Source: Cenarchaeum sp.
GTDB taxonomy: Archaea > Thermoproteota > Nitrososphaeria > Nitrososphaerales > Nitrosopumilaceae
DNA: 64,000 nucleotides
Assembly: GCA_963693095.2 (NCBI GenBank)
Contig: OY843768.1
Span: forward strand, 64,001 to 128,000
Reading direction: 5' to 3'
The notes under the pieces are model-generated. The model had not been told where the DNA came from. It saw only the letters and a program-made list of their open reading frames with translations, and did not search any database. This document shows, piece by piece, positions 58,922 to 64,000 of this stretch (within the stretch, counting starts at the first letter, position 1; the number at the start of each line of letters is the position of its first letter). A program made the position numbers and the translations under genes.

Positions 58922-60349
58922 TCACACCACCGTGACGTCGTGCGGCTGGCTCTCGGCAAAGCCGGCGCGCGACATCCTGATAAACTCGGCGTTTTTCTGC
59001 ATCTGCGCAATGTCATGCGCGCCACAGTAGCTCAGTCCGGAGCGCAGCCCGCCGGCAAGCTGCGCGAGTATGTCCGTCACGCTCCCCTTGTACGGGACGA
59101 GGGCCTCGACGCCCTCGGCGACATAGTCGTTGATGTCAACGTCATCGCGGCCCTCCTTTGCGCGCCTGCCCATCGATGCAGCAAGCGAGGCCATGCCGCG
59201 ATACACCTTGAACCTCTTTGAGTCCTTTGTGATGACAGTTCCCGGCGACTCGTCGGTTCCGCCGAGCAGCCCGCCTAGCATGACTGAGGACGCGCCGGCG
59301 GCGAGGGCCTTTGTGACGTCACCGGACGTGCGCGTCCCGCCGTCTGATATGACCGGTATGCCGTGCTTGCGGCCGACAGCGGCGCAGTCAACGACGGCGC
59401 TGAGCTGCGGCACGCCCGAGCCGGTGATGACGCGCGTTATGCAGATGGATCCCGAGCCGACACCGACCTTTACTGCGTCGACTCCGGCCTTTATGAGAGC
59501 CTCGGCGCCTGCCGCAGTCGCCACGTTGCCCGCTATTATGTCGGCATCGGGAAACGCCTTTTTGAGGTTGCGAACCGCCGAGAGCGCGTTCTCGCTGTGA
59601 CCGTGCGCAATGTCGACGACGATGACGTCAGCGCCTGCGGCCAGGAGCGCCTCGGCGCGGTCCATAAAGTCGTCCTTTACGCCGACTGCAGCGCCCACTA
59701 GGGGCCGGCCCTTTTTGTCCTTTGATGCGTCCGGATACGCCTCGGTGTCAAGTATGTCAGTGCTAGTGACGAGGCCCGCCACGCGGCCGTCTGCGTCGAC
59801 TAGGGGGAGCTTTTCTATGCGATTGTCATGCAGCGTGCGCTTTGCCTCCTCGAGGTCGATCCCCGCCCTGCCCGTGACGACATTGGTGGTCATGACGTCG
59901 CGCACAAGCGCGTTGCGGTCTGGCGCCAGGACAATGTCGCGCCCCGTTATGATTCCTACAAGCTTTCGCGTCTGCGCGTCAGTGACGATGAGTCCCGAGA
60001 CGCCCATGTCGCGCTCGTAGGCCAGCGCGTCGGCGATCGACTGGTCAGGCGAGACGGTATAGGGGTTCTCGATCATGACGCTTCCTGACCTCTTTACCTT
60101 TAGGATCTCGTCGGCCTGCGTCTCTATGCTCAAAAATCGGTGGACTATGCCGATCCCGCCCTGGCGCGCCATGATCACTGCCATCGAGTGCTCGGTGACT
60201 GTGTCCATGTTCGCCGAGATGAGCGGCATGTTGATCTCGATGTTTCGCGTCAGGCGCGTTCGCAGGCTCACCTGCGAACGGCTCGCAATGTCCGAATACT
60301 TTGGAACTAGCAGCACGTCATCAAACGTAAGTCCTTCCCTGATCTCCAT
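58922..60349 (-). CDS. guaB: IMP dehydrogenase with CBS pair
   Basis: 'LTFDDVLLVP', 'SANMDTVTE', 'KVGVGSGSICITR', 'YRGMAS', 'AEGVEALVPYKG'. Confidence 0.97.
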   Translation of the reverse strand: MEIREGLTFDDVLLVPKYSDIASRSQVSLRTRLTRNIEINMPLISANMDTVTEHSMAVIMARQGGIGIVHRFLSIETQADEILKVKRSGSVMIENPYTVSPDQSIADALAYERDMGVSGLIVTDAQTRKLVGIITGRDIVLAPDRNALVRDVMTTNVVTGRAGIDLEEAKRTLHDNRIEKLPLVDADGRVAGLVTSTDILDTEAYPDASKDKKGRPLVGAAVGVKDDFMDRAEALLAAGADVIVVDIAHGHSENALSAVRNLKKAFPDADIIAGNVATAAGAEALIKAGVDAVKVGVGSGSICITRVITGSGVPQLSAVVDCAAVGRKHGIPVISDGGTRTSGDVTKALAAGASSVMLGGLLGGTDESPGTVITKDSKRFKVYRGMASLAASMGRRAKEGRDDVDINDYVAEGVEALVPYKGSVTDILAQLAGGLRSGLSYCGAHDIAQMQKNAEFIRMSRAGFAESQPHDVTVV

Positions 60350-60426
60350 CTGAAGCCTTGCGCACGCGGCGGCCAATTCGTTATAAGCTTTTGTGCGCGA
60401 TCAGGATCCACAGCGTCCGCTGGGGG

Positions 60427-60440
60427 ATAAAGAGAAAAAA
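60427..60440 (-). terminator. Oligo-T tract downstream of amoC (archaeal-type terminator candidate)
   Basis: Minus strand TTTTTTCTCTTTAT about 35 nt after the amoC stop. Confidence 0.5.
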
Positions 60441-60472
60441 CGACCCCTATCGGAGCCGTAGGTTGGTGTTTC

Positions 60473-61036
60473 CTATGGGATTGACCGACTGTACAGCTTG
60501 CCCTCGAGGGCCATCTTGTACATCTCGGCAACATAGGGGTTCTCACCGGGTGTCTCAGCACCGAGCTCGACGAGTCTTGCATAGACCCTGACCACGTAGG
60601 CCAGTGCGCCCATGAAGGCCACGACGACGCCCATGTTGAACATCCAGTGGTTTGGCACCGCAAATATCTCCTCGACGAACCAAAAGTGCCACATCTCATT
60701 GACCCCTATCGTAAACATCGTTGCGAGATAACCAAGGATGGTCATCTTTAGCCCCGTGTTTATCGAGTTGTTCGGGCCCCTGAGAACGGGTACCTTTCTG
60801 TCGTAGATCGCAGCCGCACCCCAGCCTAGAGGCAGGGCGACAAAGTGCGAGTAGAGCCACCAGTGGGCAGGCGTGAACGCGCTGTCCCTAATTGATGTCT
60901 GGTGTAGTGACCCGTCTACAAAGTTGTCCACTTCGACAGATGCTGCGGTGGATCCCATTGCGATTACGATGAGCCAGATTTTCTTTAGTCTCTGGATCTC
61001 GACCTCTTTTGGGATCAATGCCGGCATTTGTGCCAT
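60473..61036 (-). CDS. amoC: Ammonia monooxygenase subunit C (archaeal)
   Basis: MAQMPALIPKEVEIQRLKKIW..., 'DGSLHQTSIRDSAFTPAHWWLYSHF' (D/H/H metal site), 'VNEMWHFWFVEEIFAVPNHW'. Confidence 0.98.
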   Translation of the reverse strand: MAQMPALIPKEVEIQRLKKIWLIVIAMGSTAASVEVDNFVDGSLHQTSIRDSAFTPAHWWLYSHFVALPLGWGAAAIYDRKVPVLRGPNNSINTGLKMTILGYLATMFTIGVNEMWHFWFVEEIFAVPNHWMFNMGVVVAFMGALAYVVRVYARLVELGAETPGENPYVAEMYKMALEGKLYSRSIP

Positions 61037-61191
61037 TGTTACATACCTATACGTCGATCTCCTATAAAAGGAGGGGGTTTTTTGGGTGCGGATTTTTCTG
61101 TAATTTCTATATCATAAATGGCAATATTCACAAAATCTACCATACCTGCATAGATTATGTGGCCTTTTGCGCACTGGTTGCGGATATGGGT

Positions 61192-61221
61192 CTAATGCTA
61201 ATCATTAATGATTATCATTAG
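61192..61221. promoter_or_regulatory. 30-bp near-perfect palindrome built of two Fur-box-like cores, upstream of amoC and overlapping the folP stop
   Basis: CTAATGCTAATCATTAATGATTATCATTAG has one mismatched pair. It contains TAATGATTATCATTA (perfect 7-1-7) and TAATGCTAATCATTA. Confidence 0.5.
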
Positions 61222-62081
61222 GCGTGAACACTGCCCTGCAACGCCGCCAGCGCCTCGCGTGTCCTGGCCACATTGTGCGTGCGAATGGCCGCGGCTCCAT
61301 TGGCCACGGCGACGACCTCGGCGGCCAGCGAGCCGGCCATGCGCTCTCCGGCCTCGGCTCCTCCCATGATGCGCCCCAGGAAGGACTTGTTTGAGACCGA
61401 GACTAGGATCTCTGAGCGTGTGCCTGCGCGCAGCCCCTGCAGCCCACCGAGGACGAGGAGGTCGCGCGCAACCCAGTCCATCTCGTTGCGCGTAAAGAGG
61501 CCCCCGCGGCCTGTCCTTCTAAAAAAGCCGATGGCCGGATCGATGGCCGTCTGCGAGGCCGGAACGCCACACGAGGCAGCAGTCCGGAGGCTCTCTGCGA
61601 GTAGGCCTGCTGCCTGCGCGACAGGCTCTCCGCCCGCAAGGCGCGTCTCCGAGTGCGCACAGACGATGAGCGAGGGTGAGTGGGCCCTGACTGTCTCCCT
61701 CATGCGCTCATCATGCCGGAGGCCGGTGATGTCGTTGACTATTGATGCGCCCTCAGCCATGGCCGCCTCAGCCACGCCCCCCCGGCACGTGTCGACTGAT
61801 ATTGGCACGGCGGTGCTGCGCACGGCCGCACGGACCGCGGCGGCCACGCGTTCTACCTCTGTGCTCTCAGGCACCATCGTCGCAGCATACGGCGCGCTTG
61901 ACATGCCGCCGATGTCTATGATATCGGCGCCCTCGGCCTCCATGCGGGCCGCCGCGCGCGATATTGCCTGCGGCGTGGTACTCACCGAGGAGCGCAGGAA
62001 CGACTCGGGGCTCGCGTTGAGTATGCCGACTATTCTTGTGGGGTTGGAGCCGCCAAGGCCGACGCTCCCCAGCCTGATCAT
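61218..62081 (-). CDS. folP: Dihydropteroate synthase
   Basis: 'GILNASPESF', 'EGADIIDIGG.S', 'PISVDT', 'IVNDITG', 'IDPAIGF', 'SVSNKSF', 'IRTHNV'. Confidence 0.92.
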   Translation of the reverse strand: MIRLGSVGLGGSNPTRIVGILNASPESFLRSSVSTTPQAISRAAARMEAEGADIIDIGGMSSAPYAATMVPESTEVERVAAAVRAAVRSTAVPISVDTCRGGVAEAAMAEGASIVNDITGLRHDERMRETVRAHSPSLIVCAHSETRLAGGEPVAQAAGLLAESLRTAASCGVPASQTAIDPAIGFFRRTGRGGLFTRNEMDWVARDLLVLGGLQGLRAGTRSEILVSVSNKSFLGRIMGGAEAGERMAGSLAAEVVAVANGAAAIRTHNVARTREALAALQGSVHA

Positions 62082-62116
62082 AATGGTTTATGAGACGGGC
62101 CGATAATTTTAGTGAT

Positions 62117-62860
62117 ATGGTGCTGCGGGGGTGGTATGCGAGGTATGGCGAGATTCTCGCCGAGTTTGGATACAGCAGGGCGCACGATGCGGCGTCTGCG
62201 AGCACCCTGCATGCCATTCTGCGTGGGCGCTCGGCCATGGCGCGCCTGCGCCCCCTCGTCTCCTCGCGCGATGTCCTGGTTCTTGGCGCCGGCCCCTCTG
62301 CGCGAGCCGGCGCGGACGTGATGGCAAGGCACCCGCGCGCCACGCGCGTCGTGGCCGACGGTGCTGCAGCCGAGCTCGTGCGCAGGAGAATGCGCATAGA
62401 CGTCGTTGTCACCGACCTTGACGGCGACAGTCGTGCGCTGGGAGCCGCGGCCCGCTCGGGCGCAGTCATGGTGGTCCATGCGCACGGCGACAATGTGGAC
62501 AGGCTCGACATGGCCGCCGGCTATGCGCGTGTCGTGGCAAGCACGCAGGGTCGCCCCGTGGGGGGCGTACGCAACTTTGGCGGGTTTACCGACGGGGACA
62601 GGTGCGTCTTTATGTCACACGAGCTGCATGCGCGCAGCATTGTGCTCCTAGGGATGGACTTTGGGGGGCGCATTGGAGCACACTCGCTCACGACGGCGGC
62701 TCACCGCCCGACAAAGCTTAAAAAGCTGCGCCGTGCGCGCGCACTCCTAGAGTGGGCAGCGCCGCAGATGGCGCGACGCAGCAGGCTCTGCACGGCCTCG
62801 GGCAGAGTTGCGGGCTTTGAGGGGGTGTCGACGGCAGATGTGGCCAATATTTTGCTGTAA
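62117..62860 (+). CDS. mptE: 6-hydroxymethyl-7,8-dihydropterin pyrophosphokinase (DUF115)
   Basis: 'W..RY.EIL.EFGYSR..D', 'GAGPS', 'ADGA', 'VVTDLDG', 'VHAHGDN', 'NFGGFTDGDR', 'K.KKL..A'. Divergent from folP. Confidence 0.9.
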   Translation: MVLRGWYARYGEILAEFGYSRAHDAASASTLHAILRGRSAMARLRPLVSSRDVLVLGAGPSARAGADVMARHPRATRVVADGAAAELVRRRMRIDVVVTDLDGDSRALGAAARSGAVMVVHAHGDNVDRLDMAAGYARVVASTQGRPVGGVRNFGGFTDGDRCVFMSHELHARSIVLLGMDFGGRIGAHSLTTAAHRPTKLKKLRRARALLEWAAPQMARRSRLCTASGRVAGFEGVSTADVANILL

Positions 62861-62927
62861 CCGGATCTAGTGGGCATGTGTTGCGTTAGGAGCACACATG
62901 CTATACATTCTACTGTCTGTGCAAATA

Positions 62928-63392
62928 TTATGCAGATGGTGCTACGTTCACCAGCACAGCAGCAGCAGCAATAACCCCTGCCATGAATCCTACCGTTGTT
63001 AGGTATGACCATTTCATACGACGAATCTTGCGACCGAGATTTGCCTCGTTCTCTCCTATATCTTTTGCCAATACCCATGTGAGGTGATTTATTACCATCT
63101 CTTTATCCTCTGACGGTTTTTTAATATCGTTGCTTATTGGGTTTACTCTTGGTCCCGGACTTATATCTTGCATATGTAATACTCTGAATGATGCTGTTAT
63201 GGGCAGTGCAGCAATCACGGTTACTATGATTTTATACTGTGGGGTAAAAACGTCTGTGGGGCTTATGATAACTCCTGCTATTAATGCCATTACAATCGAT
63301 AAAAAGACTGATGCTCGTGTGTTCACACCAGCCCATATTTGGGCAAGTATTGCATTTTGGGCCACAAGATATGTTAGTATCTCATTCGTCAT
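62928..63392 (-). CDS. Low-GC three-TM membrane protein resembling Pycsar-effector (PycTM/DUF5706)-like proteins
   Basis: 'VNTRASVFLSIVMALI' TM1, TM2, hydrophilic loop, 'ENEANLGRKIRRMKWSY' then TM3. AT-rich relative to the flanks. Confidence 0.5.
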   Translation of the reverse strand: MTNEILTYLVAQNAILAQIWAGVNTRASVFLSIVMALIAGVIISPTDVFTPQYKIIVTVIAALPITASFRVLHMQDISPGPRVNPISNDIKKPSEDKEMVINHLTWVLAKDIGENEANLGRKIRRMKWSYLTTVGFMAGVIAAAAVLVNVAPSA

Positions 63393-63505
63393 AGGTCATC
63401 GCCGGGCGGCGCAAATAACGGCCCCCGATTATCAATTATGAATCCGCCCACCTTCGCACGTTTTCCTCTTGGTATGGGCACCACCACTTTCTCCTCTTCA
63501 GTCAT
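63389..63505 (-). CDS. 38-aa small protein translationally coupled to the membrane protein; absent from the ORF track
   Basis: MTEEEKVVVPIPRGKRAKVGGFIIDNRGPLFAPPGDDL*. Stop overlaps the next start (ATGA 63392-63389). TATA TTTTAAA about 25 bp upstream. Confidence 0.6.
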   Translation of the reverse strand: MTEEEKVVVPIPRGKRAKVGGFIIDNRGPLFAPPGDDL

Positions 63506-63520
63506 TGCCCACCCTATACC

Positions 63521-63548
63521 TAGTGGACTTTAAAAGCCTTGTCCACTA
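63521..63548. promoter_or_regulatory. Inverted repeat bracketing the TATA box of the peptide/TM operon (operator candidate)
   Basis: TAGTGGAC-TTTAAAAGCCTT-GTCCACTA: perfect 8-bp arms with a 12-bp spacer containing TTTAAAA. Confidence 0.5.
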
Positions 63549-63893
63549 TTGGCTCTGTCCACGAATGCGCACAGGCAGAGAACCCGATGCATTGTACGGC
63601 ACAAAATTCTTGTCCTGCAGAATTAGGTCGCGTCTCACCGCCACGGCCGGATTGATAATGGACACTTCGTCACCAGGCGCCAAACGGTAATATCATGTGG
63701 CTACAGCAGCCGACGGCACGAACGCCCAAAATACTGTTGACTTGGTTCCGGCGATGCTGATCGGGTGCCGCGATGACGTGGGAGCCGGTGGCCGACACCG
63801 GAGGGGGCATGCCTGCCTGTTGCATACGGGTGCCGTTCGGAGAATCCATGGCCGACTCTACCTGCGCCGACACTGGCAAGGAGAACCACTGCA

Positions 63894-64000
63894 ATGACCG
63901 GCGTCGACTGGTGGGAATTTGCCTCGTGGGTCCTTATCTCATTCTCGTACCCGCTAATACCTGTCTTTTTAGGCCTTAGAATACTGTATCCCTACAGTGA
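63894..64000 (+). CDS. Start of a probable membrane protein running off the window
   Basis: MTGVDWWEFASWVLISFSYPLIPVFLGLRILYPYS..., open to the window end. ATGA overlap with the ORF 63697-63897. Confidence 0.4.
   Translation, partial: MTGVDWWEFASWVLISFSYPLIPVFLGLRILYPYS

Noticed and set aside
62853-62892. Integron attC-like site (TAAC ... GTTAGG) after mptE
   Set aside because: Too short for an attC, with no convincing internal L boxes and no integron integrase in the window.
26737-63527. CTAGTGG motif near several accessory-region borders (26737, 27325, 62867, 63520)
   Set aside because: The 7-mer or its complement also occurs inside ordinary genes (e.g. ~5797, 19273, 43078, 46432), so there is no evidence that it is a recombination site.

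Overview
High-GC ammonia-oxidising archaeon (Nitrososphaerota, Nitrosopumilaceae-like). The evidence is an archaeal amoC, a thaumarchaeal S-layer paralog, the LysW-type Lys/Arg cluster, type-1 IDI/IPK, and the archaeal dph2/dph5/csl4 genes. A Cenarchaeum-like, possibly host-associated lifestyle is an inference only. The first 20 kb are the 3' part of one giant (>6,600 aa) acidic Ig-like surface protein, with 25 near-identical 363-bp repeats and a non-repetitive C-terminal domain. The rest is mostly core genes: FAH, gltX, GGPPS, idi, ipk, rpl2, cdc48, nac, iscA, dnaG, ribK, ribL, dph5, the lys/arg cluster, leuA, dph2, csl4, pheA, guaB, amoC, folP and mptE. These are interrupted by small accessory inserts: a decayed low-GC gene pair, a DUF5678/aspartic-protease remnant bounded by a duplicated rpl2 3' end, an intact IS66 with TIRs and an 8-bp TSD, a secreted protein with constant/hypervariable duplicated units, a HYR-trypsin-like secreted protease, and a small peptide plus Pycsar-effector-like membrane protein pair. 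The most notable observations are an unannotated second LysW ending in Gln instead of the essential Glu, the constant/variable cassette gene, rpl2 apparently used as an integration site, an orphan amoC with a 30-bp Fur-box-like palindrome upstream, and the shuffled repeat array. All family calls come from motif recognition by eye; no searches were run.
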